Below are positions 23,301 through 33,227 of a stretch of DNA of 64,000 nucleotides, piece after piece. Position numbers and translations under genes: made by a program. The stretch is from NCBI GenBank assembly GCA_963823665.1, contig CAWGMQ010000004.1:2304001-2368000 (forward strand), in the 5' to 3' direction. The notes beneath the pieces were generated by a model. That model did no database searches. It was not told where the DNA came from and worked only from the letters and a program-made list of their open reading frames with translations. Source of the DNA: an uncultured Planctomycetota bacterium (GTDB lineage Bacteria > Planctomycetota > Planctomycetia > Isosphaerales > Isosphaeraceae). Each line of letters opens with the position of its first letter. Within the stretch, counting starts at the first letter, position 1.

Positions 23301-25496
23301 GATCCACGCCTTAAGAATCTCATAATACGGCTCGCCGACCTGCATGAGCGCCCCGCCAACATGAGGAACAGCCCCGGTTGGTTTTGTGAGCATCATGCTG
23401 TTACCAGGTGCAGCCAGGTTGATGTGCCGCGCGGCGTGATCGTCGGTCAAGGCTCGTACGTCGAAGAGTGGGTCGTATCCGCGGAGCGAAAGCTTGAAGC
23501 CGTTTTTCCCCTGCGCGGAGCCGTGACAAGTGCCCTGATTACAGCCCAAGCGTGACAGCACCGGTGCAACGTCATGCATGAAGTCAACGTGCATCGGAGC
23601 ACTGAAACCGGAAACAGTCACGGGAACAGATATGCTCTGACCAGCGAGCTTCGCGACCAGCGTCGCCTTTCCGTCTTTTTTGGAGCGAACCAATCCCGCG
23701 CGTGACACGTCGATGAAATCGGCCGGAACGACATAATCAACCATGCGGGTCACATCAACCGACTCTCCTGAGTTAAGCTTGCCCGTGACCAGAATCTGGT
23801 TGTACGCAAACCGTCCATTCAAGACGATTTCCTTGGGTTCTATCTCCAGCGAGGCAAGACTTGCGCCTTCGGGAAGAGACTCGGCTTCAATTGGATCATC
23901 CTGCTTGGGTGCAATTGCCGCAGTTGCGGCATTCTGTACGGCCGGGCGAGGTGTAATACTTACCGGTGCAAATTCCTTGATGAGAGAACCATCCGCTGGG
24001 TTGATGAGTCGAACCTTTCCATCTGATCCGCCAATAGCCAGTGTTTTTCCGCCAGGACGAAAAGCGACGGCATACACAGCGCCCTGCGGAATCTTGACAT
24101 TGGCAATCAGCTTCGCGCCTTCTTTGTGGTATTTGTCGAGATCAGCAGCTTCCGCTGGTGTACGTGTGGTGACGACCTTTTCCTGGATTGCCTTAATTTT
24201 GGGAGACAATGTCGTGTCGAATTCGTAGCTGTAGATGTTAACCTCGCCGCTGCCATCCAAACTGCTACCTGCGGCGATCCGCTTACCGTCGTCACTAACG
24301 GCAACACTATAGATTCGCCCGGGTAGAGGCGGGAATTCGCGGATCATATTGGAATCATCACCGATGACTCGCACCGTTTGACGGAACACGCGATAGAGCT
24401 TGGGCTCGCCGTCGGAGCCGCCGATGATGATTTCATCACGCTTGGGGTGACGTGCAATGGCCGCCAAGCCGCCCTTGAGCGCACCGGGTGTAATCGAAGT
24501 GATGTTGTCGATAAACCGCTGGGTCGAGACTTCAATCAGCTTGGCGGCCATGTCACGACCCACCGACATCAAATGGCTGCCGTCCGCTGAAAAAACCGTG
24601 TCGAGAACCCAGTCGTTGTGCGAGCCCATGTACAGGACTTGATTGCCTGTCTTTGCATCAATTGCACGCACCGAATTATCTGCGCAGCCAAAGGCGATTT
24701 TTGTGCCGTCAGGAGACCAGCTTGCACCATAAACGGTGTCAAATGTGACGGGTACGGAAAGTGTAAGCGCACGTTTGGCGATGTCCCAAACCTGCACTTC
24801 GCCCATTCGAGCAGGTAAGCCGCCGGTAACGGCCAGCCTTTTACCGTCGGGAGAGAAAGCCAAAGATTCAATGCGTTCGGACAAACCAACCAAACGACCA
24901 AGCAATTCACTGCCGTCTGCTTTCCACAGCAAAACTTCGTGAAATCCAGCAATGGCCAGTACAGAACCGTCCGGCGAAAAACCAAGGGCCGGAATAACAG
25001 GTAAGCGCGTATATTCGGGGGGATGAGCCGCGTCATAGCGAGCGACTGACTGAGGTGGTGAATCGTTCTGCGCACCCTGAGCGATCCACCGAGCAATCCG
25101 TTCGATCTCATCCGAGGAGAGCGGCGGCTTGTCCTGTGGCATCAGAGCCTTGCCCTTCTCCGGGGTGATCATTTCAAGCAGGTGGCTTTCCGCAGGTTGA
25201 TGTGGAACAACCGCCCGATCGCCACTTTCACCTCCCTTGAGCAGGAGCTCAAACGAAGTCATGACGTACCGACCGCCGGCTTTCGATGGCTGGTGACAAC
25301 CCATGCATCGAGCTTGGAAAATTGGCCGGATCTCTTTGTCGTAGCTGACTTTCTGGTCCTTACCCGTCGTCTTCTTACCTTCGTTTTGCTCCGCTTCAAC
25401 CGCAACACTTGTGCCTGTCACCACCAGCGCGAAAGCGAGGAGAGCCAGTACGTGTCCAGTCCACGGACACCTTCTCGCTTTGAATGTCGACATCAT
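20340..25496 (-). CDS. Planctomycete DUF1549/DUF1553 (PSCyt2/PSD1) protein with N-terminal planctomycete cytochrome c, WD40 propeller and Ig-like domains
   Basis: Signal peptide, CMGCH, WD40 repeats (AFSPDG, SWSPDG), GCNQGTCHG, FIRRVYLDLTG, CNKCHDHPF, VNRLWGYLFGVG, C-terminal WALINSPAFLFNH. Confidence 0.92.
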   Translation of the reverse strand: MMSTFKARRCPWTGHVLALLAFALVVTGTSVAVEAEQNEGKKTTGKDQKVSYDKEIRPIFQARCMGCHQPSKAGGRYVMTSFELLLKGGESGDRAVVPHQPAESHLLEMITPEKGKALMPQDKPPLSSDEIERIARWIAQGAQNDSPPQSVARYDAAHPPEYTRLPVIPALGFSPDGSVLAIAGFHEVLLWKADGSELLGRLVGLSERIESLAFSPDGKRLAVTGGLPARMGEVQVWDIAKRALTLSVPVTFDTVYGASWSPDGTKIAFGCADNSVRAIDAKTGNQVLYMGSHNDWVLDTVFSADGSHLMSVGRDMAAKLIEVSTQRFIDNITSITPGALKGGLAAIARHPKRDEIIIGGSDGEPKLYRVFRQTVRVIGDDSNMIREFPPLPGRIYSVAVSDDGKRIAAGSSLDGSGEVNIYSYEFDTTLSPKIKAIQEKVVTTRTPAEAADLDKYHKEGAKLIANVKIPQGAVYAVAFRPGGKTLAIGGSDGKVRLINPADGSLIKEFAPVSITPRPAVQNAATAAIAPKQDDPIEAESLPEGASLASLEIEPKEIVLNGRFAYNQILVTGKLNSGESVDVTRMVDYVVPADFIDVSRAGLVRSKKDGKATLVAKLAGQSISVPVTVSGFSAPMHVDFMHDVAPVLSRLGCNQGTCHGSAQGKNGFKLSLRGYDPLFDVRALTDDHAARHINLAAPGNSMMLTKPTGAVPHVGGALMQVGEPYYEILKAWISDGAKLNLSSQRVTKLQVFPIDPVVQRTGTKVQLRVVATYGPGEVRDVTREAFLESANGEVVVAGRAGLMAAIRRGEAPILARFEGNYASTTLTVMGDRSGFVWTDPPTFSKIDELVVSKWKRVKILPSGVCSDSDFIRRVYLDLTGLPPSADDVRKFLSDKRDIRVKRDELIDHLIGSPDYIEYWTNKWADLLQVNRKFLGVEGSLALRNWIREQLSVNTPYDKFVSSILTASGSNYQNPAAAYFKILRDPAAVMENTTQLFLAVRFNCNKCHDHPFERWTQDQYYQTAAFFAQVNLAGDPSSKGRTVGGTDVEAPKPLYEVISDAGKSEVVHDRTKKITAPKFPFSCDYAKPAPGMARRIDLSAWLTSKDNPYFAKSYVNRLWGYLFGVGIIEPLDDIRAGNPATNPELLDYLTKEFIRSNFDVRNMMRLICKSRTYQLSVETNKWNQDDKVNYSHAVARRLPAEVLLDAVYRVTGSISKFPGITPGTRAAALPDSGVELPSGFLTTFGRPARESACECERSSGLQLGPVMALVSGPTLGDAIADPGNELSKLAATQTDDVKLINELFLRILSRAVTPSELETCRKDIQTIEDDHRKLAEDLGKREVEFAIKRPLLERQRQSAIVAAQAVLAAYEKAQAPKLALAEQQKIEATAKLEADLKAYESTVVVKRIADWEKEKSTSILNRWLVLQPTAMSATNGSILTKQSDGSILVSGPKRNGIITITAETELAGVSGLRLEVLTDDSLPQKGPGRATDGNFVLNEIELIATPKADPKQAKPVKLTNALADFNQDNLDVSKAIDGSSNDPGNGWAVAPVTGVTHWAVFETTEPVGTPGGTILTFKLHHKFAQVWTLGRFRLSLTRGGKPIGLSLPEDFRAILATAPEVRTDVQKSLLTNYLRAIDPELRKKTAAIAASKAPLPLDPALKALRDQLELVSRPIQPDPTLVRLRHDLEMSVQQAAVRRLTATQDIAWALINSPAFLFNH

Positions 25497-25825
25497 TGCT
25501 TGCTCCCTGGTCTATTCTTGCGGAATGCTGAGTGACGAGCTGCACGCACTCAGCGAAATCGGACCTCGAAGTTAGTCGGTCGGAGGAAAAGGCGGTATGT
25601 CACGGTTCTCCGGGAGTTTCGCCGGGTAAACCTTCAGACGGGGGCAGGATACAGCGTGATCATGAGGTTGCAAGTAGCGAAAGCCCAAGCCAGTTTGACT
25701 TCAGTTGTACAAACTCGGACTAGCCTGCAACGTCTCTAGCGAATCCATAGTAATTCTACCCAAAATCGACTTCAGATTGCTAGCAATACAATTGTTTAAC
25801 CAGTCAGTTGGGCAGAGGTTGGCCT

Positions 25826-27016
25826 TTAGCAATCGAGGGTTCCCGTTGATCCGTATCCGGTTTGCGGTTCCAGCAGCGACCGAGTAACTCGAGCAATCCG
25901 AATAACCGCCTCCTCCACTTCATTGGCTGATGTACTTGCACCCAGACTCAGGCGAACGGACGACCTTAAACGATCGTCGGGAACTCGCATTGCCATTAAC
26001 GTGGGCGACGGGCGCATCGATCCGCTGGCGCAGGCAGAACCTAGCGAAACTGCAATACCGGCGAGGTCAAGCTGGATCAGAAGGGCATTGCCGTCAATGC
26101 CCGGGAAGGCCAGGTTGACTGTCTGTGGAAGTCGCTGCTGATCGTCTACTGGACCGTTGCGGATAACATGTCCAGGTCCAAGGGCCCTCACCAACCCATG
26201 TTCAAGGTGATCCCTCAAGTCTCTCCAGCGGGTGGATCTCGCTATGCGCTGGTCGTGCCATTTCTTGAGAGCAGCAGCCAATCCGACGGCGAGCGGCACT
26301 GCAACAGTACCCGGGCGCCGGCCTTGCTGCTGACCACCGCCAAATAGCCGTGAGCCTAGCCGTGCACCACTTTTGAGTAGCAGGATGCCAATCCCAACTG
26401 GTCCGTGAAACTTATGAGCACTCGCTGCAAGCGTGGTCACGCCCAGGTTATGAAAATTAACCGGAATTCGACCAACAGCCTGTACAGCGTCAGTATGGAC
26501 GGGAATATTCCGCTCGGCTGCAAGTGTTGTGAGTTGATCCACTGGCTGAATCGCACCGGTTTCATTATTCGCCAGCATAAGGGTCGCAAACCGGGTCGTG
26601 GCCCGGAATAGCCCACTCAAGCTCTTGATTTCGGCTACGCCATGATTGTTGATTGGTAGCCGATCTACAAGAAAGCCCGCTGCCTCAAGACGAGCAACCG
26701 GCTCAGCAATTGCGGCGTGCTCGATAGGACTGGAGACTACGTGCCCCGGTGAGGACTCAGCACCTGCCAGACCAAAGACCGCGAGGTTATTGGCCTCCGT
26801 TCCCCCGGACGTAAAGATCACCTCAGTAGGATCAGCCCCGAGAATCTCCGCAGTGGTCTCCTTGGCATTCTCATACGCACGTCGGGCAGCACGTCCAAAA
26901 GCGTGGCGACTTTCTGCATTACCAGCAGCCAGGAAATACGGCCTCATCGCCTCGAACACATCCGGATCCAGAGGCGTGGTGGAATTGTGATCGAGATAAA
27001 TCGGCTCGGGTTGCAT
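25826..27016 (-). CDS. Cysteine desulfurase (IscS/NifS group I)
   Basis: IYLDHNSTTP, FTSGGTEANN, HTDAVQ, PLP lysine SAHKFHGP, catalytic GSACAS. Confidence 0.93.
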   Translation of the reverse strand: MQPEPIYLDHNSTTPLDPDVFEAMRPYFLAAGNAESRHAFGRAARRAYENAKETTAEILGADPTEVIFTSGGTEANNLAVFGLAGAESSPGHVVSSPIEHAAIAEPVARLEAAGFLVDRLPINNHGVAEIKSLSGLFRATTRFATLMLANNETGAIQPVDQLTTLAAERNIPVHTDAVQAVGRIPVNFHNLGVTTLAASAHKFHGPVGIGILLLKSGARLGSRLFGGGQQQGRRPGTVAVPLAVGLAAALKKWHDQRIARSTRWRDLRDHLEHGLVRALGPGHVIRNGPVDDQQRLPQTVNLAFPGIDGNALLIQLDLAGIAVSLGSACASGSMRPSPTLMAMRVPDDRLRSSVRLSLGASTSANEVEEAVIRIARVTRSLLEPQTGYGSTGTLDC

Positions 27017-27050
27017 GGCCGGTCACGATTCAGTTGGGCCAGAAGAACAG

Positions 27051-27416
27051 TCAGCCAAGGCTTTTAAGTGTGAGCACCAATCCGACCAGAAACAAGGGAA
27101 TTCCCAGGAAGAACAAAGGTCCGGCCCAGAGCGCGATGCCAACCACCATCAGGCAAAACCCGAGCATGATCGCTGCTAATCTTCCTACCCACGCAATCAC
27201 CAGAAAGACCAGCCGGAACGGCAGCGCGACCAGGGAGAAGATCGTGCCCAGGACGCTCAGGCAAATCTCCAGCCACGATGTTCGTCGGTTAACAGGCCGA
27301 ACCTGCGCATTTAAAGGCTTGTTCGCTTGATGCGAACCAAGGCGAGTTCCCGCATCGCCAGGCCATGCACGGTCAGATAAGGCGTATCGATCTGTTTTAG
27401 ACTGGGCTTGTCTCAT
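27051..27416 (-). CDS. Small integral membrane protein
   Basis: Strongly hydrophobic C-terminal ~70 aa (2-3 TM); true start uncertain. Confidence 0.6.
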   Translation of the reverse strand: MRQAQSKTDRYALSDRAWPGDAGTRLGSHQANKPLNAQVRPVNRRTSWLEICLSVLGTIFSLVALPFRLVFLVIAWVGRLAAIMLGFCLMVVGIALWAGPLFFLGIPLFLVGLVLTLKSLG

Positions 27417-27570
27417 TCGACTATTGGGTTAAATTGCCTGTGCACCAAAGTATGCCAGTTGGTTCTATTGAGAGGTGTCCCTAGTTCATTCGCCAGTCGT
27501 ACCAAACCCTTGAGCCATCACTGGATTATCACCAGTTCTCTAGGCTTAGCAAGTCGGTGCTTGTGAGTGC

Positions 27571-28443
27571 ATGGGCCAAGGCAAGGAGGCCGTGACTGTG
27601 CGAAAAGCTATCCTCGTTATTCTACTCGTCGGTGCCGCCTTTCTCGGTGGAGCCTTCGTTAATGGTCCTGGACTCCAATGGGCCCAATCCCGAGCACTTC
27701 GATTACTCGGGTTGAACAGCGTTGGAGAAATTGCTGCAGTTGACCTGGAAACAAGCCCAAATGGCGAAACCGGCGCCGATTCCACTCCCATAGAACGATT
27801 GGAAATCCCTGCAGCTACGCCAATATCTCCCGTCGCATCGGAAGACAAGTCCTTCAAAAAAGATCCATCCAACAAAACTTCGGAACTCAAGCTCAGGTCC
27901 AAGTCAACTAAAAATGATCCAGGCTCTGATCAATCTCGTCAGACACTTTTACCTTCGGCAACATCTTCTCGCTCGGTGACGAAATCTTCGTCGGGCATCG
28001 TTGCTCCCGTAGACCAAGACGTAATACTGGCCCATGGCGATTCCCCAGCGCAGCCCCGATCGAGCTCGACAGCACCATCGAACACCGTTAAAGCAGCAAC
28101 GGTGCTTGTGGATAGCCTCGCAGGTCTGTTGCCACCTGGCGAGAATCCCTCGCCTAGCTCAGGACCTCCACCGGCGCAGTCTTCAGGGCGAAAACCAACC
28201 CGAGTGGCCGATGATGAATGGACAATCCTCGAGAGCAAGATGCAGACCCTCGGGGTAAGCCGGTTCACCATTGAGGGCAAGCCGGGGGGATCTATCGTCT
28301 TCGCGTGCTTGATCCCTGTTGCTGGGCGCCAAGCGGTTGCTGAACGATTTGAGGCCGAGGGAGATGATGTCATTCGGGCAGCGCAATCCGTCCTGCGGCG
28401 CATCGTTCTGTGGCGTACAACCCAACGTTCACATGGCGAGTGA
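27571..28443 (+). CDS. Hypothetical membrane-anchored protein
   Basis: N-terminal hydrophobic helix, Ser/Pro-rich linker, small globular C-terminal domain. Confidence 0.75.
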   Translation: MGQGKEAVTVRKAILVILLVGAAFLGGAFVNGPGLQWAQSRALRLLGLNSVGEIAAVDLETSPNGETGADSTPIERLEIPAATPISPVASEDKSFKKDPSNKTSELKLRSKSTKNDPGSDQSRQTLLPSATSSRSVTKSSSGIVAPVDQDVILAHGDSPAQPRSSSTAPSNTVKAATVLVDSLAGLLPPGENPSPSSGPPPAQSSGRKPTRVADDEWTILESKMQTLGVSRFTIEGKPGGSIVFACLIPVAGRQAVAERFEAEGDDVIRAAQSVLRRIVLWRTTQRSHGE

Positions 28444-28597
28444 ACAATTCCGCCAGCAAAGAGTGGAGGTTAAGCAAGATGTACCGCACGAGCGCTGAAA
28501 CGCAGGTCTGCCCTAAATCAGAAAGGAGCTTATGCGGCGAATCGAGCTTATCTATAATGAAGAACGCATTCTGTGTGCCTCACATTGAGGAGACAGA

Positions 28598-29207
28598 ATG
28601 GCGAGTCCGATGTCGAGAAGTCAACCTTTCCGGCGCGATCACGGTGTAGCCCAGTTCGGGCAACTGCAGAACAAGGCCACAGCTCACCGAGGAAATTCCA
28701 ATTCGCTGGCTGTTAATTGTTACTGGTAGCACACTCCGAGCCGAGGAGATGGACCGTCCGCTTGGCTACTATCTCAAACAGCGCATCGAGAATTCCCTTT
28801 CCGAAGCAACCGTAAATGGGCAAACTGGCTTGGAGGATTATCTTGTTCGCATCGTAGCCGACTTTCGTTGGATCCATGATGAACCTCTCCAAAGCCTTCC
28901 GACGATCTCACTTGGTGGTCCTGGGGTAAACGCCCTTTCACATCGCTGGCTCGAGGAAGTTCCCGTTTCACTCGCCTTTAGCGAACGATACTTCATTCAG
29001 ATGGACCCTGAGCTGACCGAGCCTCGTGTCAGTATCTGGGGCATGGATAACACAAGCACTCAAATTGCTGTTTCTGTATTCGTTGACCGCTTCCTGCCAC
29101 GATTCCTTGATCGCTGTGTCACCATCCCGGCACACCTCTCAACTCTTGATTCTGATGGGGAGGCTAGCGCGGGAACCGACGACGATGACGGTGAAAATGA
29201 CGGCTGA
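28598..29207 (+). CDS. Hypothetical protein; probable frameshift at ~28660-28690
   Basis: The frame of ORF 28749..29207 is open and protein-like upstream (WLLIVTGSTLRAEEMDRPLGYY) back to a stop at 28647. ATG 28598 has a GAGGAG RBS and a TATAAT at 28553, and is one base out of frame. Confidence 0.6.
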
Positions 29208-29280
29208 GTAACGAGTGTCGCAGACCGAGTCATTCAGTCAGGATGACATTCCCTTTGGTATCCACGGAAGGAACCAATGA

Positions 29281-30399
29281 ATGGAGTTGCGTTGTTCAAT
29301 CAGCCGAAGTGTTGATGTCGTTGTGACGGCGATAGTCCTGGCATGCGTTTCGTGCTTTACCGCTTGCTATGCAAATAGCGCAGAACGCCCGCGACAAGTA
29401 ATAATCTTGGTCGATCGTGTTGTGACACAGGATCAAGGGACGTGGATTATTGATTACCGCCTCCGTAACACTTCACGCGGGGGCGTGATCATCACTCCTG
29501 ACGAAATCAAACTCAAGGTCGAGGGATGGGTGTCGAATTCGCGGGTTTCGAGTCATGCACTTCCTCGATGGTCTTCCGTTATTATCACAGCACGTGTTGA
29601 GCCCGCAGCGTTCACGGACGTGATCACGGCAGTTGACGAATCGGAACGGTGTCGCGAACGTGTAACGATTTCGATCTGGGGTGAGGGACGATCACGGCGT
29701 GACCTCAGTTCGACGGTGACGAATACCAATCCCCCGGTAGCAGTCACACCACCTGCTGGATCAGCACTGGCTTCCTGCCAGATAGTGAGCTTGGCCCCTG
29801 GCGACATGGTCCGTGTGCGTCTGAGGATCGATCACCAGCATGTTCTGTACGGTGAATACGACCCGCTTTTGGGTGTTCGTACCATGGAACTAACTGTGGG
29901 TCAGTCGGTAATTCGAGACATGCTGCCGCTTGATCGAGAACAGTATCTTGCTCAGCCGAAGTACACCTGGCCTGAGCCTCCGGACGAGCGTCGCGATACA
30001 CGGCATTTTTTCTCCGCTCCTGACAGCTTACACATCCAGGCCGACATACAAGGCCATCAGAGCTACCGATTCCAGGAGCGCCCTGTGCGCTACAACACCA
30101 AGATGAAACTCCGGTTCTGGTATCTGATCGCCGTCGGCACAGAAGGCGAGTGCCGCGTGCGTGTTGGGCAAAACAAAGACACACCGCTCGCTTGGCGTCA
30201 GCTCCATGAAGCCGGGTTCGAAGAACGACTGAAGACAATCGGCCACTGGACCAAGTACGAACGCATTGTTCAGACTGAGCCCGAGGCAACCAGAATTATC
30301 TTGGAGTTCAAGATCGTGGGTGAAATTGACTCAGGAGAAATGTGGATTGACGACGTGAACCTTGAACCGGTGGGAATCATTGAGCCCGGCGGACCTTGA
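29281..30399 (+). CDS. Exported protein, C-terminal beta-sandwich resembling a carbohydrate-binding module
   Basis: Signal peptide; C-terminal LRFWY...GHWTKYE...GEMWIDDVNLEP pattern typical of jelly-roll domains. Confidence 0.65.
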   Translation: MELRCSISRSVDVVVTAIVLACVSCFTACYANSAERPRQVIILVDRVVTQDQGTWIIDYRLRNTSRGGVIITPDEIKLKVEGWVSNSRVSSHALPRWSSVIITARVEPAAFTDVITAVDESERCRERVTISIWGEGRSRRDLSSTVTNTNPPVAVTPPAGSALASCQIVSLAPGDMVRVRLRIDHQHVLYGEYDPLLGVRTMELTVGQSVIRDMLPLDREQYLAQPKYTWPEPPDERRDTRHFFSAPDSLHIQADIQGHQSYRFQERPVRYNTKMKLRFWYLIAVGTEGECRVRVGQNKDTPLAWRQLHEAGFEERLKTIGHWTKYERIVQTEPEATRIILEFKIVGEIDSGEMWIDDVNLEPVGIIEPGGP

Positions 30400-30566
30400 A
30401 CCAAATGCTCTAAGCTTTGTCCCTAACACTGTTTCAGTCCGTTCAAGAAAGGCGAAACTTCGACTGTTGTTCCGAAAAAGTAGAATAGACGTGCGCCTGG
30501 CATTGCTCACCTTGTACACTACAGCCTTGATCCCACGGCATTAATATCTGCCCCTGGACTCCATTC

Positions 30567-32849
30567 GTGCGCCGGACCTTTATTCTCCGGTCAATTATCG
30601 CCATCGTCTTTGTTATAGGGCTTGTACTGGCCATTGCATGGGCCGGTCCTCGCCCAATTGGTGGCGATCCCGATCTGATGTACAAGCCAATCAAGTCCGA
30701 GCTCGTGCGTTCTCTTGCCATCGGACGACTTCCATTCTGGAGTGATCGATTTGGAATTGGAATTCCACTCGTTGCAGAAAGCCATGTTGCAGCGTTCTAT
30801 CCGCCGAACTGGCTACTTTACAGCGCGTTTGGCCTGCACACTGCCTACTTACTGTCGATGTGGTTGCACTGGTTGGCGCTAGCTGTAACCACCTTCGCAT
30901 ATGCCCGCACGCTGGCGATCAGCCTGACTGGATCGGTTCTGGCTGCCGTGAGTTTCACACTGTGCGGCTTTCAGGCCGTTCATGTGATTCATGAACCGCT
31001 TAATCACTTAATGCCATATATGCCTCTCTGTCTCTTGCTTGCTCACCGCTTCATGACAAGCGGCAATCTCCTGTGGATTTCAAGCCTGGCACTTGCTTGG
31101 GGCATGCAGCTCACGCTTGGGCATTTCCAGATCCAAATGTGGACAGCGGGATTGGTGATCTTGTCTGCTTTATTACATGTAGGAACGGTCGGCAAAGGCA
31201 AATACCGTGTAATCTGGCGCACTGCCTTCCTTTGTGGAGGTCTTTTCTGGGGGTTGTTAATTGCGTGGGTTCAATTGCGGTTGACATGGGAGCTGACCAA
31301 GGTGGCCGGTTTCGAGCGGCCTCCTGAAGCTCTCGCGATTTACTCATTTCCTCCGGGTAACTGGGCTCAATTCGCTCTGCCGGAAGTTTTCCTCGGCCTG
31401 CATCAGGGAGTAACCGACAACTATTTGGCACGACAGAAAACAATCTCCGGGGAAGCCTGCGCTTACGCTGGTATTGTCGTTTGGATCTTGGCGTTCGTAG
31501 GTGCCGTGGCAAGGCCTCGGCTCGAAAACCTCAAGTTGTGGTTTGTCCTTGTTCCCCTGTCGCTTGCCTTGGCAACGATGCCAGGCTGGTGGCTCGATGG
31601 CTTTCTTCTTCTGATGAAGCTGCCAGGTCTTGGCTGGTTTCGAGCGCCGGCTCGATACACATTACTCGCCAGCCTGGGTCTTGCCTTGCTTGCCGGAAGA
31701 GGGCTCGATCATCGCGTTACTTCAAAGCGATTCCGAACGGGGTTAACCCTGGCGATTACTGCTGGAATGCTCGCCTGGTGCTGGTCAATTTACTGGACAC
31801 GGGAGCCTGAGTTCCAGGCAAGCCCGCTTGCCTCGACGCTCTTGATCCGGTTTCTATTTGCCGGTCTAACCTGGATTCTTGCTCTTGCCGCAATCATCGC
31901 CTGGCGCCAGAAGCGAGTCGGTGCCTGGGCACCACTCGGCGTTGCAACCGTCGAACTGGCTGTGCTCTTCTTCGTTGGACCGGTTGTCTGGGTTTGGTCT
32001 GACCAGCGACTTGATGCGAGTCCCGTGCTGTCCCGGCTGATGCAAATGCAAGACGTGGGCTTGGTCGGAGGGCGACTGCAGGATCTTCCCGTTGTGGCTG
32101 GGACGGCAACTGCATTTCCCTACCTGGGAATTACACCCCCACCGCCTAACTACCTGATCGAACCAGCGACATTGCCTTGGTCGGAGATTGACTCATCGCA
32201 GGCTCGGTGGTTAAGGCGCTTCGGAGTAACGCATGGAGTCTGGGGTTCGGCAGACCCTGTTATTGGTACCACCGTGCTCGAACGAATCAACGATCCGTTA
32301 CTCGACCGGATAATGGCAACCATTCCCAAGTCGCGCCAAGGTGGTCTGGGACCGTGGGCTCTCGTAAAGGTACCGGATGCCTTCCCGTCTGCATGGATCG
32401 CTCACGAGCTTCACGAGGTTCGCGAGTGGGGAAACTTGTTCTCGGTTCTGTCGTCGAACGACCGGTCAAATGAGGCTTGGTTTGAGTCCGGGGATGGTCC
32501 AACTGGATTTCCAAGATCAAACCGTGGCTCAGCTCATGTAAAAAGCTGGGATGGCACAGCCGCGATCGTCGTTCACGATAGCCCATGCATTTTGATCCTT
32601 CGTCGCACTTACTACCCCGGATGGTCATATCAATTGGACGGTGCCCAGGCACGTCCGGTTCTCAAAGTCAACTCCGGTCTCCAAGCAGTTCCATTGCTTG
32701 GTTCTGGTACCCGGCGGATCGAGTTCCACTACAACCCCACGGGATTGCCACTCTCTACCGCGATTTCGCTCACAGCTTTTGCCACCGTCATCATCGCCTC
32801 TATCTTTGCCGGGTTGAGAGCCTTCAGAATGCACAGAAGCGATGCATAA
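30567..32849 (+). CDS. YfhO-like polytopic membrane protein (putative GT-C glycosyltransferase)
   Basis: GRLPFWS..GIPL....AAFYPPN, many TM helices, FRAPARY, C-terminal YYPGW..LDG. Confidence 0.82.
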   Translation: MRRTFILRSIIAIVFVIGLVLAIAWAGPRPIGGDPDLMYKPIKSELVRSLAIGRLPFWSDRFGIGIPLVAESHVAAFYPPNWLLYSAFGLHTAYLLSMWLHWLALAVTTFAYARTLAISLTGSVLAAVSFTLCGFQAVHVIHEPLNHLMPYMPLCLLLAHRFMTSGNLLWISSLALAWGMQLTLGHFQIQMWTAGLVILSALLHVGTVGKGKYRVIWRTAFLCGGLFWGLLIAWVQLRLTWELTKVAGFERPPEALAIYSFPPGNWAQFALPEVFLGLHQGVTDNYLARQKTISGEACAYAGIVVWILAFVGAVARPRLENLKLWFVLVPLSLALATMPGWWLDGFLLLMKLPGLGWFRAPARYTLLASLGLALLAGRGLDHRVTSKRFRTGLTLAITAGMLAWCWSIYWTREPEFQASPLASTLLIRFLFAGLTWILALAAIIAWRQKRVGAWAPLGVATVELAVLFFVGPVVWVWSDQRLDASPVLSRLMQMQDVGLVGGRLQDLPVVAGTATAFPYLGITPPPPNYLIEPATLPWSEIDSSQARWLRRFGVTHGVWGSADPVIGTTVLERINDPLLDRIMATIPKSRQGGLGPWALVKVPDAFPSAWIAHELHEVREWGNLFSVLSSNDRSNEAWFESGDGPTGFPRSNRGSAHVKSWDGTAAIVVHDSPCILILRRTYYPGWSYQLDGAQARPVLKVNSGLQAVPLLGSGTRRIEFHYNPTGLPLSTAISLTAFATVIIASIFAGLRAFRMHRSDA

Positions 32850-33227
32850 CTGAGATCACAGCCAATCAGATCGCTACCGACGCTTGCGCACGCCTGGCCA
32901 GTGATTCTCCTTCCGGTGGATCTGGGAGTAACCGGTGAAACAGACACTCGTGGATGGAGTATGAGAATCCGCGCCGTCATCCATTGATTTGTGCTGAGGA
33001 GCCTTCTCATGGCACGTGAATTAGGATAATCTACATCGCTTGAATGACTTCGAAACCGATGGTTCGTGGACCGCTGAATGCTCGTGCCTCATCTCTCCCT
33101 TTTACCTGGAGAGGAATGGGCAGGAGTTGTAGACCGTATGCGCGCGGTTTCGCATCACATCTCGAGACTGGTGAATTACACTGCCAGTTCATGGCACGAT
33201 CTGTTGATCCCTATGCTGAGGCACTCC

